Shown here piece after piece: positions 37,785 through 51,142 of a stretch of DNA of 64,000 nucleotides (within the stretch, counting starts at the first letter, position 1; each line of letters starts with the position of its first letter). The notes beneath the pieces were generated by a model. The model ran no database searches. It was not told the origin of the DNA and saw only the letters and a list, made by a program, of their open reading frames with translations. The stretch is from Geosiphon pyriformis uo1. Taxonomy: Eukaryota; Fungi; Glomeromycota. The stretch covers positions 186,001 to 250,000 of the forward strand of contig JAAOMT010000193.1 of assembly GCA_016748015.1 (NCBI GenBank), read 5' to 3'. The translations under genes and the position numbers were made by a program.

Positions 37785-40700
37785 TTTGGTGCTTCCTGTG
37801 AAGTATAATCTAACAGAAAACTAGCATTAACAAACAATCATCCAAAACAGTGACAGAATTCGAAGAAACAGGGACAAACCACTTGGGATTTGCAAAATCT
37901 TTATTCCAATACTATCACACCCATCTTGGATTAACAAATAATAGTTGGCCAACAGAATCAGCTTTTAACTGTTATGTCAATGAGAGAATAGTTTATCATT
38001 TAGAAGGCCAAGAAAATCCAGAATCTGTCTTTAACAATTTCTTCAGTGAACTACTACAAAGCACCACCTTCCCACAAAATTACTTATTTGTGCCCCTAAT
38101 TACAGAAATAAACAGAGAAATTGAAAAATACACCAAGCAAAGATTTTCTATTACTTTTGCTAACAAAAGAAAAGAAAAATTACAAACATTAGTCAGAACA
38201 CCAAAACCAATCCAACTACCCACTTGAAAAAAACAAAAATTTGATTCACCTACTAATCTATCATATTACCACATACTCAGAAGTACTATCAATATAATAA
38301 GTGCAGTTACAACAAATGTGACAATACTACTAAATAGAATCCCATTTCAAAGTAAACAAAAAAAAGCAGAGTTATTAAGAACATACAGCAATTATTTCGA
38401 GGAATTTAAATTGCAATTTTTAATACCATTAGAAATTCAATCATTATTATCACAACCAGATTTTGAAGCCATTAAACCTTGGAAAATAACTGACTCTGAA
38501 GAAAAAGAAAGTAGTGATCAAGAAATTAGTAAGCAAAACCTGATTTAACAAAATTCAGAAAATCAAATGCCAAATATTTAAACTCCAAAAAATCAGAACA
38601 ATCTAAACTCTGACCCAATTAATCAGCAAAATTTACCTCTAATAATTGAGATTAATCTACCATCTATTCTATTAATTGCTGAACAGCAATAACAGTCACA
38701 ACTGCTATCTTAACAATAATTCTAACAACAATTACAACAACAACCACAACAACAAATGGCCTATGCTCCAATTGCAAAAATAGAAAAATTTACCAGCAAA
38801 GAAAATGATGCCCAAGTATGGCTCAACAATATAGAAAAAACCATTACAGCCAATAAATAGAATGATGACAGAGCTCTTTAAGCAATCTCCTATTTTCTCC
38901 AAGATACTGCTGACTTGTGGTATCAAAGTTTAGCCACCAAACCTCAAACATTTCAGAAATTTAAAATTGCATTCTTGGAATATTTCAGTAATAATAACAG
39001 TATTAATTGCTTAGTTAATGTCTTTACTACAATTAAACCGGGAAAAACTAAAGCAGTTACCACTTACTTGAGATGTTTTTACAGAAACTTACACCAAATT
39101 CAAGTAATCCAAGCTGACTATTTTACAGTATCACAGATTCTGAACCAGTTTATCTATAGTCTGTACAGTAGCCTTCTTTAATGTATATAACCATTACATC
39201 TAGCAACACTCCAAAACACAGTTATACAGGCCAGAGACTTTGAGTCAGCTGAATTAGAGACTAATCATGCCCAAGCTGTAAACCTAGTTATGAATGGATC
39301 ATCTAACTAGGATTCCAAATTAAAACAACTTAGTAATTCAATTAATCAGAAATTAGAAAGATACTTAGCTGACAATTGTGCAATTTATTAGCCACTTCAA
39401 AGATGCAATAATTTCGGAAACATGAATTACTCTCAAAATCAGTCACATCCTTCATTATTACCTAATCAGCTATGGCAGGAAGAGATGCGTATCTACTACA
39501 ATTGTGATAAACAAGGCCATTTGAGAATTGACTGCTGTTTCTATAATAATAATTTATGATTAGAAAGTCAATATCGAAACTCTGATTGACAATTTCAAAC
39601 TCCGAATTAATACCCAAATTAAAATCAATACTCACTTCATTATACCCAAATGATGCAACAGCCAATTTATTAACCACTAGTATATTAAGTCCCAATTTAT
39701 TAACCAACAATGCCTGTAATTTATCAGTTGCAGCCACAATCTATCTATTAACCACAGTTCTAAGTACTATATCAGCTGTAACAAATTCAAATATTGCCAC
39801 AAAACTTACCTCAAAATAGAACCCAAAGACAAAAAATGACACAATAAAGCTGGAGATTAGTGATAATAGTCCATTAACCAATCCCCAGTTCTTCAACTCA
39901 ACCATCAGAATTATGTCAATGGAGTTTAGGAACTGGGTATATTCCAAATCCGAGTTTTCAGAACTATTTAAGTCTTCTGATTAACCCAAAAAACGTTTTA
40001 CCCAACAACCAGGAACCCAATCAAAACAAATCACTTACTAGCAACATACCTCCAGTTACTGTCACCAATGACAAATTACTAGCAGCAATTTTCTCATTTG
40101 AACTTAAGGAACTGTCATCTACATCTTTGTTTAGTGGAGCCACACTTGAAGAAAAACTGATTACTGCCATATACACTGATGCTAAAGTTGATGACCACTC
40201 CATCAAACTCATATTGGATAGTGGGTCAGCAGACAGCATCATCACATGACAATTCATAGACCAATTAAGTTGCCAAGTTAATTATACTGTTAGCTTTAAA
40301 ATCATAACAGCCAATAGAGCAACCAAAACTCTTATTGGTAAAATAGATAACTTCCTATTTGAAGTCAATAGCATTATAATATCAATCAAGGTATTGGTAA
40401 TAGAAGCAACTCAGTACCAAGCACTTGTTGGTAATAACTGGTTGTCCAAAACCAACATGACACTTGATTAGAACATATAAGAGCTCCAATTAAGTCAGAA
40501 TAGTCAACACATATGTGTACCAACCACATGTGGCCACTTCAAATCTATTACCATGCCATTAATACTCTTTATTGAGTTTGACAACAAAAAAAAAACCTAT
40601 CTGAAAAGCTTACCAAGTATCATGGGCCAATAACAATCACAACAAACTACCACCAATACTATCCTGAGATGACAACAGAAAAAAAAAGCAAAAAGAGAAA

Positions 40701-41784
40701 CTTACTGAAAATAATGACCAAACATGGTGGACTAATGACAACAGTACTAAGCTGACACCAATCTAGGAGTGAGAAGAAAATAACAAGAGAAAAGAAAAAG
40801 AGAAAGAAAAAGAGCCAACATCAACTACTACTACTACTTATACCCCATACACTATACTTTACCACAATCATCCAACTATTGCTGACCAAAACTGGTATGT
40901 GTCAATTGTGGCAAGAAATTGTTATTAATAAGTGCATGCTATGGTAACAATAAGGAATACTTAATGGCAACAAAGTTCTATTGCCACTCATGTATCTTGA
41001 AACAGTTTGGAAGACCCAAGAGACAAAAAAAATGGGACAATAAATCTTGCCTAGCATGTGAAACTATTTTGCCTGATAAAAAAATGTGGAATGACATTCT
41101 TGGGCATGGAAAAATATGTGACAAAACATGTCAATATACTATCCTAATAAATGACTAGGTATGCAAAAGAACTCCAATCAATGATGTCTGAAAAAAAGTG
41201 TTGTGATGACTAAAAGGATATCTGCACAACAAACATAAAATCTGGAGAATAGCAAGTGCAAAAGCAGAAGGTGCGATGACCAGTGAACTACTGGAAATCA
41301 AAAATAACCTCTTAACACTTCCTGAACCCGAATACATCCTAATATTTAATATCTTTGACAACATTAAAAACAATTCCAAAGAATTTTATGAACACTACCA
41401 ATGACTGGCACCCACCAGAAAAGAGCAGAAACAATGCTTAGAAGAAATAAACACTTGACTATGTGACCACTGTTTAATCCCATGTGACTTCCAGTATTGT
41501 AATTAGTGTAACTTCATTTACAATCTATTACCATGTATGATTTACACAATTTCAGAAGAGAAAGAACCAATCAGCAACTGTATATCAAAATTGGAATCAA
41601 CTTTCAATCCCAATTCAAACTTCAACAATAACAATGACAAAAACAACAGTTCCAGCTTTGCTCAATATAACAATAAAGATAACAACAATTTGGACTCCAA
41701 TTTAAATCCCAAACAATATATTATCCTTTCTGATTTTTTTAAGGAACAGGAACTCAAATAGTTCAGTAATAATAATGAAGACAT

Positions 41785-42185
41785 CATATCAGAACAAGTG
41801 CATGATACTGATATAGGATTTAATCTGAGATATTTCAGACAGGATGCCATTAAATTAGAACCACACTTGCACATCTGCATTGATCTTAAAATAACACTAG
41901 AAATTCTAGCAACAACAATAGTTCAATTAACATCAAGGAGTAGTTTAGCGAAAAAAAAAATCAACATTAAAGGAAAAATAATTGACACAAGATATGTAGG
42001 AAATATCATTGTAATGCTACAAAATGACTCAAAAAAGACTTATATCATAGAGCCAAATGAAAAAATAGCACAGGCAATATTCCTGCCTCTGGTTAGAATA
42101 GCTCAATTAGTATTAGTAGGAAACAAAAAAAAATTAGGGATTACAACTAAAAGAATACAAGAGTTTAAATCCACGAGTAGAATAA
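41785..42185 (+). pseudogene. dUTPase domain of A4
   Basis: ORF 41798..42526: HDTDIGFNL, SRSSLA, IIDTRYVGNI, EKIAQAIF, EFKSTS. All five motifs are recognisable. Confidence 0.88.
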
Positions 42186-43054
42186 ATGTACCTGTTAATA
42201 TAGCTGAAGAAAAAATTATTGACAAGAAAGAAATTATCTCCATCCATCAACCAATTTCTATTCCACCATATAACCAGTACATAATAGTTATAGAGAGAAA
42301 AGTAAAAGATCAAGTACAGATTTTTAAAGCAAAGACAACAATTTGTGAATTAGAGAAAATTGGATTAGTCAATCTACACATATCAGCCAAAAACCACAGT
42401 CACATCAAAATTCCCATTTACAATAACATAGAAAACATTATCAAAATAGCAGAAAGAACTACCATTAGATATTTAACCACCGAAATTGAAAACCAGCTGC
42501 CAAACACCATTTCAAACTTTCCATAACTGTATGGATATGTAGATATCATATTTCAAACAATATATGGATGAGAAAAATATTATCTGCTCTAACCAGAACA
42601 ATTAGAACAGATGAACTTGAGAAATCTAGACCCACTACAATGTATACAACTCAAGATATTACTCAATAACTTCAATAATATTTTTGCCAACAAAAACAAA
42701 TTTGGCAGAACCAACATAATCTAGCATCAGATAAAGGCTGGAGATGTGATGCCAATTAAACAAAAGAACATACAGAGTACCATCAGCTAGTTATAAGATT
42801 ATTTGTCAAGAAATCAATCGGATACTTGACAACAGGCTAATTTAGCCATTAATGAGTTCATGGTCATTACCAGTGGTACTAGTCTAAAAGAAAAATGAAA
42901 AAATCTGCTTTTATGTGAATTACCAAAAACTGAATGAAGTAATCAAAAGAGATAGCTACCCAACACCAAAAATCCAAGAGCTGTTTAATGCTTTTGGAAG
43001 AAAAAAATGATTTTCAACTTTAGACTTAAACAGTGGTTACTAACAAGTAGCTAT

Positions 43055-43967
43055 TGTTACTCATAGAATAAAGGAAGTATATTATTATTAGCAAGTAGAG
43101 ATTAGCCAATCAGAAGTAGATGTAGTAAATATGGAATTCTAAGATTCTTTTCAGAGGAATTACAGGATTCCAGGAATTTCAGGATTCTCCAACAAGGAAT
43201 TGCAGGATTCCAAAATTCCAGGATTCCTCTCATCAGGAATCACAGGATTCCTGTCACAAGGAATTGAAGAATTGAGGAATCTTAAATATGTATATATAGC
43301 AGTAGTATTAGATGCAGAAAAGAAAAATTGACACCAAGAATCCTTAGCTTAGTTACCACAATCCTCAAATAAATAATTATTCACTATATCAAATTCATTC
43401 TTTACTATCAACACTTTATATTGATAGTAACTGATACTTAACTATACTGGAACAATAGCTCTTGATTACAGTTATTGACAGGATACTAACTTGCAAATTG
43501 CCTTGGGTTATTTCTTATTTTCTCTTTTATTTTTTTTTTATTTTCTTTGTTGTCTACTAACTTGATTAAAAAATTTATTCTTAGAGGACTTACAGAAGAA
43601 TAAAACTTACTTAAACAATACTTACTCTTAAAGGACTTACGAAGGAATAAACTTGCTTAAACAATACTTATTCTTGAAAGACTTATAAAGGAACTGACAT
43701 CAGAAAACAGCACTGGTATACACTTACAAAGGATATTGTACCAGAAGAATCATCAACCATCAAGCTGAGCAAGCAATCAACAAAACTATGGTTTTAGGAA
43801 ACTACTAATAAACTGTTATCATTGCATTTCTGTTTATTATATAAAGAACTCGATTGGAAAATCTTCAGATAAAATATCTTCATATTATTACCATCAATGC
43901 AAATAATTTTTAGCACCAAGTTACAGGTTTGTTATTCACTGAACACCCCAAAGAATTACCTGTAACA
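43055..43967 (+). mobile_element. Solo LTR of family A inserted in the RT of A4
   Basis: TGTTACTCA...CCTGTAACA ends, TSD ctat/ccat. RT reads QVA|IK across it. ~45-bp tandem repeat at 43576-43695. Confidence 0.92.
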
Positions 43968-44958
43968 CCATTAAACTGGAAGATAAAGAGAAAATGGCTT
44001 TTACAACTTAAAAAAGAAATTTTGAATTTGAAGTAATGCTATTTGGCTTGATGAATGCTTTAGTCATATTTCAATGGCTTATGAAAATTGTCTATACTGG
44101 ACTGCTATGAAAATTAGTAATCATATACTTAGATAACACCAATGTGTTCTCAAAAACATTTGATAATTATCTGCATTATCTCTAACAAGTATTTAAAAGA
44201 TTCAGATGAGCAAGATTGAAATTAAATGCAAACAAATGCTTCTTTGGCAAAACAGAACTTAAGTTTTTGGGACATGTTTGAACAAAAATGATATCAAAAT
44301 GGATTCAGATAAGATTGAGATTGTTTAGAACTTTCCAGTACCAAATAATTTCACAAAATTAAGAGCATTCTTGGGATTTGCTAGATATTACTGCCAATTT
44401 ATCAAAGACTTTTCTAAAATAACTCAACCACTATATCAACTCCAAACAAAGAACACCAAATACAAATAGACTGAAACTTAGTAAGAAGCTTTTAATATGC
44501 TGAAAAGAAAACTTATTCAAGCTTCAGTACTAATCTATTTGAATTATAGCAAGCCATTTATAATCACAACTGATGCATTTGGTCAAACATTAGGAACAGT
44601 ACTATCTCAGAAAGAACTGGATGGAAGAGAACACCCAGTAGCTTATGCTAGTAGAAGCTTAAGTCCAGCTGAAAAGAACTATAGAACTCCAGCACTAGAA
44701 CACTTAGCTATTTATTGGGCTGTCACCAAATAGAAAAAATACTAGAGTCAAAAGTTTAATGTATACACTAATCACAAAAGATTGACTTTAATCCAAAAGC
44801 AAGAATTTGAAGACAATTGCTATGGCAGATAGAAAATAGAACTTTCACCATTTAATTATACAGTACATTACAAAAAAGGAAAAGAAAATAAAAATGTCAA
44901 CAAATTGTCATGAATAAAACAAATCTAAAAACATTTTAACTCAAAAATATAACAAAAG

Positions 44959-47032
44959 ATGAATATATAAAAATACTAACAACTCTAACATTATATAAAT
45001 ACTCAATTGTTCAAAAAGAAATTATTTCAAAAGAAAAAAAACAACATAAAACAGCAATCAAAATATTTTATCAACCATCAAAATATACTTTACTAAAAAA
45101 ACAAAAAAAATCCAGATCAACCAACCAGAGTAATTACAGAATCAAAGAAAGAGACAATATTATTTAACAAACACTTAGATCTAATAGCAGGATATTTTCA
45201 CAAAGAAGCAATCATAGAAAGAATCAGAAAAAGATACTATTGGCCATTAATGTATCTGAACATTATCTAATATGTTCAAAATTGTGATGCTTGTCAAAGA
45301 AGAGATGAGACAAAATCTAATAAACCATTGAAACCAATTAAAATGGAACAACCATTTGATTGTATTAGAATTGACTTAGTTGGATCATTAACAATCACCA
45401 ACAGAGGCAACAGATATATTATAATAGTCATAGATTATTCCACAAAATGGCCAAAAGCAAAAGCCATTCAAAGAGCAGATACAGAATCCATTGCCAAATT
45501 CATTTATCAAGATTTGATTTGTTGACACAGATGTCCAAAAAAACTACTATTAGATCAAGAAACTTACTTTGTGAATAGAACATTGACAGAATTAAGTCAA
45601 AGATTTGGGATAAAAAGACCATTATCATCACTATACTATCCATAAACAAATATGTTAGTTAAAAAATTTAACAGAACATTGTGTGAAGCAATAGCCAAAA
45701 TCAGCCAAAAAAACCAGAACAAATAGGATTTGTTTATACCATTAATATTATTTGCTTACTAGACAATAAAACAAGACACTACACAAGCAACATCATTTGA
45801 ATTGGTATACAATAGAACAGCAATATTACCAGTTGAAATAGAAGTTAAAACATATTTAACAGAATCAATAACAAAAAAAAATTTCCAAAGAACATTGTTG
45901 AAAAGAACATATAACTTAATAGAGATATTGGAAAACAAATAGCAAAAAACAGCTGATAATATTCAAAAATCACACAAAAAACAAAAAGAAAAACATGATA
46001 ACCAACTACCAGATAAATGAGTTGAATTCAGGATTGAAGACAAAGTACTTTTATATTGTACCAAAGTAGAAAAACAATGGAGTGGAAAATTTGACCCCAA
46101 ATAGGATAGACCATTTTACATAGAAAAAATTCTAGAAAATAAAGCTTATAAATTAAGATAAAACAACAAAATTTTAGCCAAAGCAGCACATAGTGATCAA
46201 CTGAAATCATACTACTATATAGTGTTATCATCCACCAGTAATATTCCACAATTAAGAGTACAAAAAATACTAATCCAACCAGATGAGATTCCACAAGATC
46301 TAGAACCAATCATAATAATTGAACCAAACATGTCAAATTGAACAACCAAAAAAGTATATAAAGACATAGTATATGCAACAAAAGCAATAAAGAAAAATGG
46401 AAATACCAGATCATATTTACACTTTAGCTCAACAATTGTTTTAGGCTTTAAGTCAACAGCAAATAAACATGAAAATTATTATCAACAATTAAACAATCTG
46501 TTATCAAAACACTAAACAAAAAGAGAAAAGTACATCATACTAGCGACCACAGAAACAATCAATAAACTGGTTAAATAAAATAGTAGAGAAAGTAAAGAAC
46601 ACTTTTGGAAAAATAACCATTATGGTTCCAACAGAAGAACTGGTAAAAAAAAATTGGAACCAATAGATAAACCAATTTCCAATACCATACTACTACTATC
46701 AATTGGGACGAAAAGTAGATATTCAGAAGTTATATCTCAACAAATCCAAGAAAATTTTCAATCAAAAAATAATCCAGAACATTGAAGACATTATTGGAAA
46801 GAAAACAAACTTAATATTACATATCAGGACCATTTATTGACTACACACTATATTTCAAAACTATCCAGAAGTATTGTTGTACTCTGACATAGAAACAATA
46901 ACTATCAACCAATAGAGAAGAATAAACAACTCACAAATTGAAGAAATAAAGAGTAGAGTAGAACAGACACTACTTGAAAAAGAAGTATTTGACATAATTC
47001 AAAATGAAAATTTTGATGGAGCTCAATATTAA
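44959..47032 (+). pseudogene. Separately initiated integrase ORF of A4 with C-terminal extension
   Basis: ATG at 44959 after TAA 44926 and TAA 44950. CDACQ, IDLVG, DYSTKWP motifs. The extension from 46330 is homologous to A3 33858-34569. Confidence 0.8.
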
Positions 47033-47045
47033 AAGGAGAAGATAA

Positions 47046-47816
47046 TGTTACTCATAAAAAGAAAAACAGATATAGAAAATAGTAGACCAATAAAAGAGTA
47101 GTAGTTAGCATGTAAACACATTGCTTAACAATATGAAACAATATCAGAAATCATAGCATATTGCTCAAAAAATCATAGCACATTGCTTGAAAATGTAAGC
47201 AATCTTGTAAAACATCAATTATATATATATAGTGGTAGCATTAGAAAAAAAAAAGACAGACTTTCCAGTTTAGATTTGATCTAAGCAATCTTCCACATTA
47301 CAAATATCAATAAATAATTATTTACTATCTTAATCTACTCTCCACTATTAACAATTCATGTTAATAGTTGCTGACACTTAACCATACTGGAACAATAGCT
47401 CTTAATTATGGCTATTAATGGGATACTAATGTGTAAATCACCTTGGCTTATTTCTTATTTTTTTTTTGTTTTATTTTTTTTGTTGTTTGTTAACTTGATT
47501 AAAGGGTTTATATACAAAGGTATTGATGTTAAGATATAGCACTGGTAAAAGACCTAGGAATAAGAGTAGACACTCAGAATTGAAAATATTTTACCAAGAA
47601 AATTATCAGCCATCACGCTAAGAAAGAAATTGACAAAACTGTGGTTTTGAGAAACTACAAATAAACTATCAATTGAATCTCTGTCTATTATATAAAAAAC
47701 TCAATCAAAATTTTCAGAAACTACACCTTTGGAAATTGCCAACACCAATATATTAATTGAGCATCAAGTTATGGGTTTGTTATTTGTCTTGAGACCCCAA
47801 ATAATCATCTGTAACA
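47046..47816 (+). repeat. 3' LTR of A4
   Basis: Direct repeat of 37014-37784, preceded by PPT AAAAGGAGAAGATAA. Confidence 0.93.
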
Positions 47817-50800
47817 GCATGGTGGCCAGCAATCTCTTAATAAGCTATCCTTAAATCTAAGTGTCTACCTTTATTCTTAGGTCTTTTACCAGTGTTATAT
47901 CCTAATGTCAGTAATTCAGCACTTAATCTTTAAACAATTAGTATATAACAATAAAGAGAAAAATAAAAGAAAGAAAAGTTTAACAAAGAAAAATAAGCCA
48001 AAACAATTAAGTTAGTATTCTGTCAATAGCCATAATCAAGAGCTATTGTTCCAGTGTAGTTAAGTATGTAGTACTATTAATATGAAATATTGATAGTAAA
48101 GAGTGGATTGAGATAGCAAATAATTATTTATTGATATTTGTAAATTTGAAGGTTGCTTAAATGAAATTTAAACTAAGAAGTTTGTTTTTTCTGCTTCTAG
48201 CACTACTGTTATATATATATAATTGAGATTTTTTAATTTTTCAATTCTTCACACCAAAAATTCTGCAATTCCTGGAATCCTGCAATTTCTTTAAAAAGAA
48301 TTCTGGAATTCTGGAATTCTGTAATTTTTTGTATGAGAATTCTGAAATTCTTGGAATCTTACAATTTCTTTAAAAGGAATTTTGGAATTCTACATTTACT
48401 ATGACTACTTTTGATTGGCTAATTTATATGCTAATATACTTTTTATACTCTATAAGTAACATTATTTCTTCCTTTTAATATTGAGCTTTATCAAGATCTT
48501 TTAATTTTAATTCTCTATTTTTGAGTATTTTTTGAACTTTTTTTCCAAGAATTACTTATGTTATTTTGTTTTATAATTCTTCAAATTGGGCATTGATTAT
48601 TTTTTCCATTTGGTTAATGGTAATAGAATTCATTGTTGAATTGAATAAAATTTCTAGTTGGTCTTAAAATTCGACTTGTAATTAATAGATAGCTCATACT
48701 TGTATGGTTAAATTGTTCTTTTCCATAAATTGTTTAAGTTGTTGTAATATTTCTAAGTTGAATAATCACTTTGTTTTATTCATATATAAGTTTTGGATAT
48801 TCAGATGTTGTCTCAAGTGGAAATAACAAAAGTTTCTTAGAAAGTTTTGTATTTACCACTTCTAAGTTTCTTTGATCAATTTTTAATATAGAATAACACT
48901 TATTGGTTCTTTTATTGCCAATTTTACTTTTAGAATTATTTTGTCGATGGTGTTTTTTGGTTTCCTGTGTACTTTGTATTGGAGTATTTTTCTGGTATCT
49001 CTGTATTGAATAATTAATAGTAATTTCTATATTCTGTTGTTAAATTAATTGAAAAAGTTGTTGTGCTAATAAGTGAATCTTGTTAGTAATTTCTATTTTT
49101 CTGATATCTTCTATCATGTCTACTATGTTTTTATATATTCTTTTGGTTAATCAATTTGATGTGTTTGTGTCAATAATAATGATTGGTTCTAGATCTCATG
49201 GAATCTCATCTGGTTGAACTAGCATTTTCTGTACTCCCAATTGTAAAATATTACTAATAAATGATAATGCTATATTGTGATATGATTTCAGTTAATCTCT
49301 ATGTGCTGCTTTGGTTAAAATTTTGTTATTCAACCTTAATTTATAAGCTCTATTTTCTAAAATTTTTTCTATGTGAAATGGTTTATCCCATTTGGGATCA
49401 AATTTTCTATTCCATTGTTTTTCTTGTGACTTTTAAATATTATCAGCTATTCTTTACCATTTGTTTTCTAGTGTTTCCATTAAGTCATATGTTTTTCTCA
49501 ACAATGGTTCTTGAAAATTGTCTTTTGTTATTGGTTCAGTTAGATATGTGTTGACTTTTATCTTTATTGGTAATATTGCTGTTTTATCATATATTAATTT
49601 AAATAGTGTTGCTTATATAGTGTCTTGTTTTATTGTCCGATAAGCAAATAATTTGATGATATAAATAAATCCCATTTGTCTTAATTTTCTTGGCTGATTT
49701 TGACAATTGCTTCACACAATGTTCTGTTAAACCTTTCAACTAACTTATTTGTTTGTGGATAATATGGTGATGATAATGGTTTTTTGATTCCAAATCTTTG
49801 ACTTAATTCTGCTAGTGTTCTGTTTACAAAGTGAGTTTTTTGATCTGATAGTAGTTCTTTTGGACATCTATGTTGACAAATTAGATCTTGATAAACAAAT
49901 TTGTCAACAGATTCTGCATCTGTTCTTTGAATGGCTTTTGCTTCTGGCTATTTAGTAAGGTAATTCATAGCTACTGTGATATATCTGTTTTCTCTGCTGG
50001 TTATTGTTAATGAACCAACTAAGTTAATTCTAATATAATCAAATAGTTGTTCTATTTTGATTGGTCTGAATGGTTTCCTGGGTCTAATTCCTTTTTTTCT
50101 CTGACAAGCATCACAATTTTGAACATATTAGATAATATCTAGATACATTAATGGCCAATAGTATCATTTTTGATTTTTTCTATGGTTGCTTCTTTATGAA
50201 AATGTCTCACTTTTAGATCTGAGTGCATGTTGAACAATATTGTCTTTTTTTTTGGTTCTGTAATTACTCTGGTTGGTTAATTTGAATTTCTTTTGTTTTT
50301 CTGGTAAAGTATATTTTGATGGTTGATAAAATATTTTGATTGTTGTTTTATGTTGTTTTGTTCCTTTTGAGATAATTTTTTCTTGAATTGTTGAGTATTT
50401 ATATAATACTAGAGTTGTTGATATTTTTGTGTGTTCATCTTTTGTTATATTTTTGGATTAAAATGTTCAGATTTGTTTTATTTATGACAAATCATTAGCA
50501 TTTCCATTTTTTTTTCTTTTTTTATAGTGTACTATAAAAGTATATAGTGAAAGTGCTATTTTCTATTTCACATGTTGATTGTCTTCAAATTTTTGCTTCT
50601 AAATTGAAGTTAATCTTTTGTAATCAGTGTGCATCTTAAATTTTAGGCTTAAGTATTTTTTTATTTCATGATAGCCCAATAGATAGCTAAGTATTCTAGT
50701 GCTAGTATTCCATAGTTCTTTTCAGCTGAACTTAAATTTTGGTTGGTATATACTACTGGGTGTTTTCTTCTATTTGGTTCTTTTTGTGATAATACTGCTC

Positions 50801-51142
50801 TTAATGCTTAACTAAATGCATTGGTAGTAATAATGAATAACTTGTTGTGATTTGAATAGATCAATACTGGTGCTTGGATAAGTTTTTTTCTTAAAGTGTT
50901 GAAAGTTTCTTGTTGTTTTTTAGTCCATTCATATTTTATATTCTTGGCTTGAAGCTGGTAGAGTGGTTAAGCCAGTTTGGAAAAGTTTTGGATAAAGCAG
51001 CAGTAATATTTAGCAAGTTCTAAAAATGCTTGTAGTTCTGTTAAATTTGTTGGTACTGAAAAGTTTTTGACAATTTCAATCTTGTCTGGATTTGTCTTAA
51101 TGCTATCTTTGCTTACAACATGTCCTAAAATTTCAATTCTAT

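Larger units (their letters stand above)
37014..47816 (+). mobile_element. Gypsy family A copy A4, full length with both LTRs, decayed
   Basis: 771-bp LTRs 37014-37784 and 47046-47816, perfect TSD GCAT, PBS 37787-37802, PPT 47031-47045. Gag MAYAPIAK at 38756, PR LILDSGSA ~40207, dUTPase ~41785-42185, RT split by a solo LTR, RNase H ORF 44497..44733 (TDA...PVAYASR), integrase from 44959. Confidence 0.95.
36762..51142 (-). mobile_element. Gypsy family A copy A5, 3' half (RT end, RNase H, integrase plus extension, PPT, 3' LTR split by A4)
   Basis: 3' LTR = 36762-37013 + 47821-48461, PPT 48462-48476, integrase ATG at 50438. RT is cut at 51142 by C2. Small internal deletion near 49423. Confidence 0.9.

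Noticed and set aside
37583-37801. 72-aa ORF in the A4 LTR reading into the PBS
   Set aside because: Its ATG corresponds to ACG in the sister LTR (~47615), so it probably arose by CpG decay. The frame is not kept in other LTRs.
43130-43280. Regularly spaced GGATTCC/GGAATT repeats resembling a CRISPR array (also 3010-3230, 57950-58080)
   Set aside because: These are tandem U3 repeats of LTRs with no unique spacers or cas genes, in a eukaryotic context.
46028-49554. Recurrent hydrophobic antisense ORFs (33556, 34004, 46028, 49261) suggesting env or membrane proteins
   Set aside because: They are shadows of the A-rich integrase strand; starts and lengths differ between copies.
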